From an uncultured Gammaproteobacteria bacterium (lineage in GTDB: Bacteria > Patescibacteriota > Microgenomatia > Levybacterales > UBA12049), in the NCBI GenBank assembly GCA_965230895.1, contig OZ246394.1:1121887-1185886 (forward strand): a DNA stretch of 64,000 nucleotides, read 5' to 3'. Below the pieces are notes generated by a model. The model made no database searches and had not been told where the DNA came from. It saw only the letters and a list, made by a program, of their open reading frames with translations. Positions 20,298-29,651 of this stretch are shown here, in pieces; the stretch's first letter is position 1, and every line of letters begins with the position of its first letter. Made by a program: the position numbers and the translations under genes.

Positions 20298-20825
20298 TTA
20301 TTTAGCTTTTTCCTCCTTTTTCTTTGGCTCGCTTTTAGCGGCTTCTGTTTTCTTCTTTCCAGTCAAGCGAGAAGCTAATGCTTTAACACCTGATTGCTTT
20401 TTTTCTTCTTTTCCGTACATTGCTGCTTCAACTGCTGCATCTGCTCTTTCAGAAGCTGTCGCAACTTGAGCTTTTGCTGCTGCATTTGCAACAACCTTTT
20501 CTTTCAAAATAATAGTCAAATGAGTTCCGCGCTTTTTGTACGGATGAATTCGACCTCGAGTTGAAGGACGGAATCTCTTCAACACTTGTCCTTGATTCGC
20601 CATGATTGTACTGATGTACAAGTTCTTTGCCTCAAGGTTTGCATTGGTTACAGCGTTTGCAACTGCACTCTTTAATGTCTTTGCAATTGGCCCTGCTGCC
20701 TTTTGTTCTGTTACCTGAAGCATGCGGTACGCATCTTCAACAGGTAAATTTCTTACCGCGTCAGCTACTAATCGTATCTTACGTGGACTTATTCTTACTG
20801 ATTTTGCTATTGCTCGTACTTCCAT
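20298..20825 (-). CDS. rplV: 50S ribosomal protein uL22 with C-terminal extension
   Basis: RISPRKIRLVAD, SAVANA, KRFRP..RGR, followed by a ~65 aa Ala/Lys/Glu tail. Confidence 0.97.
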   Translation of the reverse strand: MEVRAIAKSVRISPRKIRLVADAVRNLPVEDAYRMLQVTEQKAAGPIAKTLKSAVANAVTNANLEAKNLYISTIMANQGQVLKRFRPSTRGRIHPYKKRGTHLTIILKEKVVANAAAKAQVATASERADAAVEAAMYGKEEKKQSGVKALASRLTGKKKTEAAKSEPKKKEEKAK

Positions 20826-20837
20826 AATTTCTCCTCA

Positions 20838-21122
20838 TTAAGTCTTACTGATTTCACGTGCCACGACCTTACCATGACCTCTAAAGTGTCGTGTTGGCGC
20901 AAATTCACCAAGTCTGTGACCTACCATGTTTTCTGAGATCAATACTGAGATAAAGTGCTTACCATTGTGAATCATCATTGTGTAACCCACAAATTCTGGC
21001 GGAATTTGACTTGCGCGTGCCCATGTTTTGATAGGTTCGTTTTTGCCAGCTTCCTTTTGTTTTACAACTTTAGCAAACAATTTTTGATCTATATATGGTC
21101 CTTTTTTTGTACTTCTACCCAT
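20838..21122 (-). CDS. rpsS: 30S ribosomal protein uS19
   Basis: [29 protein letters not shown]. Confidence 0.98.
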   Translation of the reverse strand: MGRSTKKGPYIDQKLFAKVVKQKEAGKNEPIKTWARASQIPPEFVGYTMMIHNGKHFISVLISENMVGHRLGEFAPTRHFRGHGKVVAREISKT

Positions 21123-21137
21123 AGTTATATTAAGAAA

Positions 21138-21887
21138 CTATTTCTTTCTTCCTCCCTTTCTTCTTGAGACAATGAATTTGTCTGAATATTTCTTTGGTTT
21201 TCGAGTCTTACCGACTGCGATTCTTCCTGCGTAAGTCTTTGGCGCAGGCATACCAACACCAGACTTCGCTTCTCCACCACCATGTGGGTGAGATCGTGGA
21301 TTCATAGCAACTCCACGAACTGATGGTCGTCGACCCATGTGGCGAGATCTTCCCGCCTTACCAATAACTTCGTTTTTCCAATCAACATTTCCAAGTTGTC
21401 CAACGGTTGCAAATCCAGCTGTCAAAATTTTTCGAACTTCACCTGATGGAAGTTTCAAGAAAACATAATCGCCTTCTTTTGCATTAACAATAGCGCCTGT
21501 ACCAGCACTTCGAGCCATCTGGCCACCTTTGCCAGGTGTTAATTCAATATTGTGAACGATTGTACCTGCAGGCATTTCACCCAAAGGTAAAGCGTTTCCA
21601 AGTGTTGCCTCAACTCCTGCGCCAGATGCGATTGTATCATTTTCTTTTAATCCTTGTGGAGCCAAAATATATCTTTTTTCTCCATCTGCGTATTGTATCA
21701 AAGCAATATCGCAAGTTCTATTTGGATCATATTCAATTGCTACAACTCGACCAACGACATTGAGCTTATTTCGCTTGAAATCAATTGCTCTAAAATACCG
21801 TTTATGCTGTCCACCTTGATGACGTACAACTACTTGTCCACTTGCATCTCTTCCTGAATGCTTTTTCTTAATTGCCTTTAATTTCAT
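21138..21887 (-). CDS. rplB: 50S ribosomal protein uL2 (N-terminally shortened)
   Basis: Start MKLKAIKKKHSGRD immediately after the rplW stop; IEYDPNR, GKAGR, RGVAMNP..HPHGGGE. Confidence 0.97.
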   Translation of the reverse strand: MKLKAIKKKHSGRDASGQVVVRHQGGQHKRYFRAIDFKRNKLNVVGRVVAIEYDPNRTCDIALIQYADGEKRYILAPQGLKENDTIASGAGVEATLGNALPLGEMPAGTIVHNIELTPGKGGQMARSAGTGAIVNAKEGDYVFLKLPSGEVRKILTAGFATVGQLGNVDWKNEVIGKAGRSRHMGRRPSVRGVAMNPRSHPHGGGEAKSGVGMPAPKTYAGRIAVGKTRKPKKYSDKFIVSRRKGGRKK

Positions 21888-21888
21888 A

Positions 21889-22191
21889 TTATTTCTTTGC
21901 CTCCTCAGCACCACCTGGTTCAAAAAGACTTATTTTATCACCTTTTTTCAAAGAGACAGTTGCCTTTTTGTAAGCAGCCTGTGGAACTTCAACTCTTCGC
22001 ATTCCAACTCTTTGACTTCGGCCTTTAATGATTCTTGTTGCAACACTCACAACAGTTACATTAAACATATCTTTAATCGCTTGCTTAATAACAGGTTTTG
22101 TCGCAAATCGGTCAACAATAAAAGTATATTTACCTTTATTTACATCTTCCATTGATTTTTCTGTTATTAATGGTTTTACAATTACGTTCAT
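21889..22191 (-). CDS. rplW: 50S ribosomal protein uL23
   Basis: PLITEKS, YTFIV, KKATVSL. Confidence 0.96.
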   Translation of the reverse strand: MNVIVKPLITEKSMEDVNKGKYTFIVDRFATKPVIKQAIKDMFNVTVVSVATRIIKGRSQRVGMRRVEVPQAAYKKATVSLKKGDKISLFEPGGAEEAKK

Positions 22192-22994
22192 TATTTGTCC
22201 TTTCCTAAGAAAAACTTTTCCATTTCAGCAATTGCATCTTTAGCAACAACTAAATTCTTTGTTTGTAATACTTCGTATGTATTCATTCTACTTACAGCTG
22301 TAAAGTTAACACCTGTAATATTTCGTCCTGCCCTTCGAGCACTATCCATTCCTGTTGCTGTAACAAATAAAAGATTTTGCTTTTTGTCTGCTACACCCAA
22401 CTTTTTAAGCATTTCTGAGAAACCTTTTGTCTTTGGTTCAAGCTTTTCCAAACCTGACAGAACCATTACTTGCTTATCTTGTACCTTTGCTGACAAGGCA
22501 CTAAATAATGCTTTTCTCTTCATCTTTTTAGGCAATGAAAGACTAAAATCTCGTGGTTTTGGACCATGAGCAATTCCTCCTTTTACAAAAATAGGTGCTC
22601 GAACTCCACCGTGTCGAGCTCGGCCTGTACCTTTTTGTCGATAAATTTTTCGAGTTGAGCCATCTACTTCACCTCGTGACTTTGTAGAAGCATTACCTTG
22701 TCTTTGATTTGCTAAATAAACACGTACTGCTTGAGCAAGCAATGTTTTGTTTACTCTTTCACCAAAGATTGCACCTGGAAGAGCAACTGTACCAGCTTCT
22801 TTTCCAGTTGTATCTACAACCTTCACTGAAACTGAAGCGTTATTACTCTCTTTTACAGGTTTTACCTTGATAGGTGCTTCTGCTTTTACTTCTTCTTTTT
22901 TAACAGCTTTTACTGGAGCAACCTTCTTTGTGACTGGCTTTGCTTTAGGTGCTGCTGTTGTTTTCTTTACTTCTTTTGTTTCGACTTTTGCCAT
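22191..22994 (-). CDS. rplD: 50S ribosomal protein uL4 with basic N-terminal extension
   Basis: RQGNASTKSRGEV, RQKGTGRARHG, GPKPR. Confidence 0.97.
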   Translation of the reverse strand: MAKVETKEVKKTTAAPKAKPVTKKVAPVKAVKKEEVKAEAPIKVKPVKESNNASVSVKVVDTTGKEAGTVALPGAIFGERVNKTLLAQAVRVYLANQRQGNASTKSRGEVDGSTRKIYRQKGTGRARHGGVRAPIFVKGGIAHGPKPRDFSLSLPKKMKRKALFSALSAKVQDKQVMVLSGLEKLEPKTKGFSEMLKKLGVADKKQNLLFVTATGMDSARRAGRNITGVNFTAVSRMNTYEVLQTKNLVVAKDAIAEMEKFFLGKDK

Positions 22995-23014
22995 AACTCG
23001 TTATAAACGTATTA

Positions 23015-23899
23015 TTACGCTTTTTTCTCCTCCTTTGCTTCTTCTTTCGTTTCTGAAACGTCTTCGCCAACTTCTTTTGCTGCAACTTCTTCACTTGCTG
23101 CTTCTTTTACTTCTTCAGTTTTTTCAGCTTGCGCTTCTGCTGCTTCTTGCTGTTCTACAATCTCTGCTGCTGCCTCTACTACTGTTGTTGGCTCTTCTAC
23201 TGGTGTTCCTTCCACAGCTGGAGTCTCTACCTCTTCAGCGGATTTGAGCAATGGAACAAATTTCTTTTGCTCACCTGTTTTTGTAATAACAATAATGCTC
23301 TTCTTATACCCTGGAACCAAACCAAGAACATACAGCTTTTTATTCACTGCATCAACATCAACAACTGTTAGATTTTGTACAGTTACAGTATCAACGCCCA
23401 TATGACCAGCCATTCTTTTACCTTTATAAACACGACCTGGAGTTGTACCTTGTCCAATAGATCCTGGCGCTCTGTGTCGATCTGATTGACCATGAGTTTT
23501 CGGACCGCCTCCAAAATTATGTCGTTTTACAGTTCCAGCAAATCCTTTACCTTTTGATGTACCAGTTACCTTGATAACGTCTCCTGGTTTGAAGACAGCA
23601 TCTACTGCAATAAGATCACCAACTAATGGCAGTTCACCTTCGCCGTCCCATGCTACTTCTTTGATACTTGAAGGAGCTTTTTCAAGCTTTGCTTTCTTCA
23701 CATGTCCAACAATTGCTTTCGTAGCATTCTTCTTTACACCATATCCTAATTGGATTGCTGCGTATTTATCTGTATCTTCTGTTTTTACTTGCACAACAAC
23801 ATTGTCCTGCAAAGAGACTTCAGTCACAGGAATTCTATGACCGTTCTCTAAGAACTTTTGTGTTTGTTCAATTTTTTGTCCTATTAATGCTTGTATCAT
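23015..23899 (-). CDS. rplC: 50S ribosomal protein uL3 with acidic C-terminal extension
   Basis: IPVT, GTSKGKGFAG, HGQSDRHRAPGSIG, KRMAGHMG. Confidence 0.98.
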   Translation of the reverse strand: MIQALIGQKIEQTQKFLENGHRIPVTEVSLQDNVVVQVKTEDTDKYAAIQLGYGVKKNATKAIVGHVKKAKLEKAPSSIKEVAWDGEGELPLVGDLIAVDAVFKPGDVIKVTGTSKGKGFAGTVKRHNFGGGPKTHGQSDRHRAPGSIGQGTTPGRVYKGKRMAGHMGVDTVTVQNLTVVDVDAVNKKLYVLGLVPGYKKSIIVITKTGEQKKFVPLLKSAEEVETPAVEGTPVEEPTTVVEAAAEIVEQQEAAEAQAEKTEEVKEAASEEVAAKEVGEDVSETKEEAKEEKKA

Positions 23900-23929
23900 A
23901 ATATTTAAACCTAAACTAACTTAACGCAC

Positions 23930-23955
23930 AAAAAAAGTAGCCTTAGGCTACCTTT
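23930..23955 (-). terminator. Intrinsic terminator-like hairpin in the rplC leader
   Basis: Minus strand AAAGGTAGCC-TAA-GGCTAC-TTTTTTT, 30 nt upstream of the rplC ATG. Confidence 0.75.
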
Positions 23956-24094
23956 ATCATTCATAACGTCAAAACGTTTTATGATGTGATCCCCTCTAAA
24001 CGGGGTGGCCTAGCAAGGCATTTTTAATCAATCATACTCTTCGCATGTTTAATTAGTTTGGGCATCAATGTAATTTATACGCAAAAAAAGAAGA

Positions 24095-24403
24095 CTACAT
24101 CTTCAATTCTACGTCTACTCCGGCTGGTAATGCTAAATTCGTTAAACTATCTATTGTTTTGCCTGTTGGTGAAACTATGTCGATTAATCGCTTGTGAATT
24201 CGAATTTCGAAATGATCACGTGCATCTTTATCAATAAACGGTGATTTGTTTACTGCATAAACGCTACGATCAGTCGGAAGTGGAACAGGACCAATAACCT
24301 TAGCTCCTGTTCTAATAACAGAATCTAAGATCTGCTGACAACACGCATCTAAGACGCGAGCATCATAACTTTTTAATCGGACTCTAATTCTTCCTTTTTG
24401 CAT
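24095..24403 (-). CDS. rpsJ: 30S ribosomal protein uS10 (NusE)
   Basis: IRVRLKSYD, GPVPLPT, HKRLIDI. Confidence 0.98.
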   Translation of the reverse strand: MQKGRIRVRLKSYDARVLDACCQQILDSVIRTGAKVIGPVPLPTDRSVYAVNKSPFIDKDARDHFEIRIHKRLIDIVSPTGKTIDSLTNLALPAGVDVELKM

Positions 24404-24440
24404 AGTTTTACTTTCAGACTGTCAAAGATCTACTCCAAAT

Positions 24441-24464
24441 AAAAAAATCCCGCTTTCGCAGGAT
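24441..24464 (-). terminator. Intrinsic terminator after tuf
   Basis: Minus strand ATCCTGC-GAAA-GCGGGAT followed by a T-run, abutting the tuf stop. Confidence 0.8.
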
Positions 24465-25642
24465 TATTTTATTATTTTGGTGATCACACCAGCTCCAACG
24501 GTTCTTCCGCCTTCGCGAATCGCGTATCGGAGACCTTCTTCAAGAGCTACTGGAACAATAAGTTTAACTTTCATGTTTGTTGTGTCACCAGGCATAACCA
24601 TTTCTACACCATCTGGGAGAGTAACATTACCTGTAACGTCTGTTGTTCGGATATAGAATTGTGGTCGATATCCCTTAAAGAATGGTGTATGACGTCCACC
24701 TTCTTCTTTAGTCAAAACATAAGCTTCAGCTTCGAATTCAGTGTGAGGAGTGATACTCTTTGGTTTAGCAATAACTTGACCTCTTTCAACATCTTTCTTT
24801 TCAAGACCTCGGAGAAGAAGACCTACGTTATCTCCTGCTTGACCTTGATCAAGAATCTTCTTAAACATTTCTACACCTGTTACAACTGAATCTTTATTCT
24901 TATCAAGTCCTACGATTTCAACTGGTTCATTAACTTTAACAACTCCTCTTTCAATTCTTCCAGTTACAACCGTTCCTCGACCTTTAATTGAGAAAACATC
25001 TTCAACTGGCATCAAGAATGGCTTATCAAGATCACGAACTGGATCTGGAACGAAGTCATCAACTGCTTGCATGAGATCAAGGATCTTTTGTTCGTATTCA
25101 GCATTTCCTTCAAGTGCTTTCAAAGAAGAACCTCGGATGATTGGAGTGTCATCGCCAGGATATTGATACTTAGAGAGCAACTCTCGGATTTCCATTTCTA
25201 CAAGATCAAGAAGTTCTGGATCATCTACCATATCACACTTGTTAAGGTAAACAACAATTGCTGGAACACCAACTTGTCGTGCAAGAAGGATGTGTTCACG
25301 CGTTTGAGGCATTGGGCCATCTGGAGCAGAAACTACTAAGATTGCTCCGTCCATTTGAGCTGCACCAGTGATCATGTTTTTGATGTAATCAGCATGTCCT
25401 GGAGCATCAATGTGTGCATAGTGACGCTTATCTGTTTCGTATTCTTGGTGAGAGATATTGATTGTAACTCCTCTTTGTCGTTCTTCAGGAGCGTTATCAA
25501 TGTCAGCGTAAGATCGAGCTTGTGCAAAACCTTTTTTTGCAAGAACAGTGGTGATAGCCGCTGTTGTTGTCGTCTTACCATGGTCTACGTGACCAATAGT
25601 TCCGATATTTACGTGTGGTTTGTTTCGTTGAAATGTTGCCAT
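24464..25642 (-). CDS. tuf: Elongation factor Tu
   Basis: [31 protein letters not shown]. Confidence 0.99.
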   Translation of the reverse strand: MATFQRNKPHVNIGTIGHVDHGKTTTTAAITTVLAKKGFAQARSYADIDNAPEERQRGVTINISHQEYETDKRHYAHIDAPGHADYIKNMITGAAQMDGAILVVSAPDGPMPQTREHILLARQVGVPAIVVYLNKCDMVDDPELLDLVEMEIRELLSKYQYPGDDTPIIRGSSLKALEGNAEYEQKILDLMQAVDDFVPDPVRDLDKPFLMPVEDVFSIKGRGTVVTGRIERGVVKVNEPVEIVGLDKNKDSVVTGVEMFKKILDQGQAGDNVGLLLRGLEKKDVERGQVIAKPKSITPHTEFEAEAYVLTKEEGGRHTPFFKGYRPQFYIRTTDVTGNVTLPDGVEMVMPGDTTNMKVKLIVPVALEEGLRYAIREGGRTVGAGVITKIIK

Positions 25643-25690
25643 AGTGTTTTAAAAATAAAATCTCTCAATTCATTTATTGAGAGTAAATGT

Positions 25691-25719
25691 ATGATACTAC
25701 AAAAAACGTGCCCCGTCAA
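25691..25719 (-). promoter_or_regulatory. Sigma70-type promoter for tuf
   Basis: Minus strand TTGACG-17 nt-TATCAT. Confidence 0.75.
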
Positions 25720-25852
25720 TAGGTTATTGTAAGAAAAACAGACTAAAACTCATGTATTTTGTTACTTTCCGTTGTTTTAGTATATTTATATTAAGGTATA
25801 TATAAGATATATATGCTTGACATTAGATTTTTTAAAGTGCAACAATAAAGAT

Positions 25853-28144
25853 ATGAATCCTGACCAAGGCACTACGTCACAAACACAACCTCTACCAGCA
25901 CATGATACTCTAAGTGCACAGTCAAGAAAACCATTGCCAAAGAAGTTTTTTATTATTGGGGGCCTTTTATTATTGCTCATCATTGCAATTGCATTGACAT
26001 TATTATTTGGGAAAAGTGAGAAAACTACCTCGAAAGATAATACTTCAGCGGTAGCTCCAACTTCAGGATTTGAAGAGATTAAAGAAACTGCGGAAAATTC
26101 ACCAACTGCAAAAGCTAGCTCGCATGTTGTAGTTTATGGATCATGGACAGGACAATCATCTTTAATAAAAGCAATTGATACAAATACCTCCAAAACTCAG
26201 TTAATCGCTACCCTTCCTATGGCAATTAAAAAAGTCGCTGTTCTTAACAACCAATCTCTCCTTTATATTGGGGACGTTGATAAAAAGGATCATGGGAAAA
26301 ACGTCACTATATACGATATAAAAGAGAAGAAGGTAGTTTCTACTATCTCAGCTTCTGAAGGGTACGGAATTGATGAATATACATTATCTCCAGATAAGAA
26401 GTATCTTGCGCTATGGGAGGTTCAATTTGCACAAGGATCAGAAATATTACAAGGTGGAAAGTCCAGAGTTTATACAGTTGCATTATCGAACCCAACAGTT
26501 AAGAATCTTATATATGATGAGCAAGCATTACAACCAATTCACTATCCACGAGCAATTCTTAATGATGGAACAGTATTTATGGATATGTTTATGCCAAATG
26601 ATCCACTTGGTGGAGCAGGATGGGCATACGGCATGAGTATGGCTTCGTTTGATGGGACAAATAAACGCGATATTGATTCATTAAAGTCAGGAACATATGG
26701 AAATCAGCCAGCATTATCACAGGAAGGTCGATATCTGCTCTTAACAGGATATGATGGAAAGTATGGAGATGGCACAGGCGTTAAGAATGGGATTCGCCAA
26801 GCAATCCTTACATCAAATACTGTTGATCTTGTTGATACAAAAACACTTCAGAGGTATAAATTACCAAATCTTTCAAACAATGATAGCTATGCATCTGCGC
26901 ATTGGGACTTTGTGACAGGCAAGATTATACTTTCAGTAGTAGGCGCAACAGCGGATAAAACAGGTCTTTATGCCTATGATATTGCATCAAAATCTCTTCA
27001 AAAGATTTCTGTTCCCTCGATAAATAACACTGAGTATATGCAAATCTCTAATCTACCAAATAACCAATTATTGATAGGCACATTTGAAGAAAATTCATCA
27101 AATCTTGGTAATTTAGGAGCAAATTATGAATATGCTTATACAAAACTAATGACATTGGATACTAAGACCTCTAAAAGCAAACCAATCTCTCTTGAAGATA
27201 CGTATGCACAATATATAACAGTACTTCCAGCTGATTATTTCAATAATGTCCTCGGGATCAAAACAATAGCCCAAGCAAATCCTCAGCCTACATTTGTAGA
27301 CCAGTATTCTGATCAAAATGCTACAAAAGAACGGTTGCAACTTTATACATTCTTCTTGAAATATGATTTGCAGCCTGTTCGCCTAAAGCAACAAAGCACG
27401 CCTGTTTCAACAACTCCAGTTAATTTATCAAAGATTACGCTGACGCCAAACACAACCTATCCACCACATAACGACGATAATATGCCAAAATGTAATGACG
27501 TTACAGCAAAAGTTTGTGCAGAAAAAGGTCAAGGTCCAGGAACAAAGGACTACACAATGTGTAAAGGTATGTACAAAGCACAAAATATGGAAAGAACGTG
27601 TGATGACTCTCCCCTTTACCTTTATGGTACACCTGGACAAAAAGTCCAAGTAACGATAAACACACCTGTTTATAACGCAATCCCATCCTATGATAGGGGA
27701 TACGAAATTACATTGATGCAACATGGGAAAATGCTTATCAATAATAACTCGTATGACAGAATTTCTTATGACTACTCATCAAATTTGAAAATAAGAAAAG
27801 CTCCAAAAGAGGGAAGTGTAACAACAAAGGAGAATTTGCCTTCCCTACTTAAAGATTATGCAAGAAAGCTTGGGCTCAATGATAAAGAGACTAAAGATTT
27901 AATCTCTGCTGGTTTACAGAAAGTCAAAACACCATACGCATTCGTCTCTTTCTATGATCATGAGACATCACATCGTATATTGCCAATCACATTCAATCCT
28001 CAGCCAGATAATTACTTAAATGTTGTATTCTATTTCAAGCAGCTCCAACAAAAGCCGAACCTAACCCCAGTCCCTCCTACATTCCCAGATCCGGTTAAAA
28101 GAGATGGATTTACTGCAATCGAAGTAAGTGAAGTTGTTGAGTGA
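25853..28144 (+). CDS. Membrane-anchored beta-propeller-like (TolB/PD40-like) protein with extra Cys-rich and C-terminal domains
   Basis: N-terminal TM; LSPDKKYLA and PALSQEGRYL blade motifs; four-Cys segment; C-terminal domain SPLYLYG...LGLNDKE...PQPD...RDGFTAIE. Confidence 0.7.
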   Translation: MNPDQGTTSQTQPLPAHDTLSAQSRKPLPKKFFIIGGLLLLLIIAIALTLLFGKSEKTTSKDNTSAVAPTSGFEEIKETAENSPTAKASSHVVVYGSWTGQSSLIKAIDTNTSKTQLIATLPMAIKKVAVLNNQSLLYIGDVDKKDHGKNVTIYDIKEKKVVSTISASEGYGIDEYTLSPDKKYLALWEVQFAQGSEILQGGKSRVYTVALSNPTVKNLIYDEQALQPIHYPRAILNDGTVFMDMFMPNDPLGGAGWAYGMSMASFDGTNKRDIDSLKSGTYGNQPALSQEGRYLLLTGYDGKYGDGTGVKNGIRQAILTSNTVDLVDTKTLQRYKLPNLSNNDSYASAHWDFVTGKIILSVVGATADKTGLYAYDIASKSLQKISVPSINNTEYMQISNLPNNQLLIGTFEENSSNLGNLGANYEYAYTKLMTLDTKTSKSKPISLEDTYAQYITVLPADYFNNVLGIKTIAQANPQPTFVDQYSDQNATKERLQLYTFFLKYDLQPVRLKQQSTPVSTTPVNLSKITLTPNTTYPPHNDDNMPKCNDVTAKVCAEKGQGPGTKDYTMCKGMYKAQNMERTCDDSPLYLYGTPGQKVQVTINTPVYNAIPSYDRGYEITLMQHGKMLINNNSYDRISYDYSSNLKIRKAPKEGSVTTKENLPSLLKDYARKLGLNDKETKDLISAGLQKVKTPYAFVSFYDHETSHRILPITFNPQPDNYLNVVFYFKQLQQKPNLTPVPPTFPDPVKRDGFTAIEVSEVVE

Positions 28145-28186
28145 TCGAGCTTGACAAACTCTCCGCAATATTGACAAAATAGCTCT

Positions 28187-29635
28187 ATGGATCCTGCCCA
28201 ACCAAATCCCAATCAACCATTACAGCAGCCACAACAACCGCCACAGTCAGAGCAAGCTGCTACGCCCGTTGCACCAACACAGCCACCAGCACCTGACGCA
28301 ACAAAGCCTTTCCCAAAAAAACTCGCGCTAATAGCAGGCGGAGGTGCGCTCATTCTTCTCATTATTATTGCAGTTATATTTGGCCTGAGTGGAAGAAAAT
28401 CTTCTAACGGAACTGTAATGCCCACTCCAACGAAAGCTCAATCTGGGGGAGAAGTTAAAGCAACGCCTGTAACAAGAGATCCTGATGATCCACAAAAGAT
28501 GATGATCTATGGAACATGGACAGGGCAAACAACTGTAGTCCGGGGAGTTGATATTGGCAGCTCCGAGAGTCTTAATATTGCTACGCTTCCACTTGAGGTA
28601 AAGAAGATTTCAGTTCTCTCCTCGCAGAACCTGATGTACATAGATCAAGTTGACACAAAAGAGTTAGGACGTAGGATAACTATTTATAATCTTAAGACCA
28701 AAACTTCAAGTCAAAGCATTCCGGCCTCTTCAGGATATGGGATAGAAGATTATGCTTTATCTCCGGATAAAAAGTATATTACTATTTGGGAAGTCCAATT
28801 TGGATCGACAACACAATCTCTTCTAGGTGGAAAATCAAGAATCTATGCAATTGATTTATCAAGACCTACAGTAAAAAACATTCTTTATGATGAAACAGTA
28901 AGTACAACTATTCCGATACACTACCCAATAGGTATTTTGAATAATGGTACTGTCTTCGCAGATACTCTTATTCCGAGTGGCACAAATGGCAGTAAAGATT
29001 GGGCATATGGTATGAGTGTTGTTGACTTTGACGGTACAAATAAGCGAGATATTGAATCGATGAAGAAAGGAACCTATGGAACCCAACCAGCACTTTCCCC
29101 TGACGGCAAATACCTCCTATTTGCAGGATATGATGGATCAAAAGGTAACGATCCTGCAGGGAGACAAGCAATAATGACACCAAACACGATTGATGTTCTC
29201 AATACTGAATCACTTAAACGATTCACACTACCAAACCTTTCAAGTACAAATACCTATCCAACGGTTTCATGGGAATCTCAAACAGGAAGAATCTTTTTTG
29301 CTCAATTTTCGCTCGATACTCAGAAAACAAATTCATTCTCATATGATCTGGGCAAGCAAAAACCAACTGAGATCGTTATTCCAATTGAAGGCGATTCGAG
29401 ATATGGATATGTAGAACAACTAAATGATGCAAAAGCACTTATCGGAGCACAAGATCTCGATCCATCTAACCTAGGCAACTTAGGAAATGCTCCTGCTTAT
29501 GCCTACACACAACTAGCACTTTTAGACGTGCAGACTTCAAAAGTTAACTTTGTCTCAGTACAGGATGCATTTGTACAGTATATAACTGTATTACCTACCA
29601 CCTACTTTAAATCCACACTTGGTGAGGCTCAATAG
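28187..29635 (+). CDS. Membrane-anchored beta-propeller-like protein, paralog of the upstream gene
   Basis: Shared blocks such as YGTWTGQ, GYGIEDYALSPDKKY, WAYGMS..FDGTNKRDI, NLGNLG and QYITVLP. Confidence 0.75.
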   Translation: MDPAQPNPNQPLQQPQQPPQSEQAATPVAPTQPPAPDATKPFPKKLALIAGGGALILLIIIAVIFGLSGRKSSNGTVMPTPTKAQSGGEVKATPVTRDPDDPQKMMIYGTWTGQTTVVRGVDIGSSESLNIATLPLEVKKISVLSSQNLMYIDQVDTKELGRRITIYNLKTKTSSQSIPASSGYGIEDYALSPDKKYITIWEVQFGSTTQSLLGGKSRIYAIDLSRPTVKNILYDETVSTTIPIHYPIGILNNGTVFADTLIPSGTNGSKDWAYGMSVVDFDGTNKRDIESMKKGTYGTQPALSPDGKYLLFAGYDGSKGNDPAGRQAIMTPNTIDVLNTESLKRFTLPNLSSTNTYPTVSWESQTGRIFFAQFSLDTQKTNSFSYDLGKQKPTEIVIPIEGDSRYGYVEQLNDAKALIGAQDLDPSNLGNLGNAPAYAYTQLALLDVQTSKVNFVSVQDAFVQYITVLPTTYFKSTLGEAQ

Positions 29636-29651
29636 GGGAGACTGGCCATTT

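Noticed and set aside
22747-23247. 166 aa plus-strand ORF with a poly-Leu stretch resembling a membrane protein
   Set aside because: It is the antisense reading of the Glu/Ala/Lys-rich rplC tail and rplD head.
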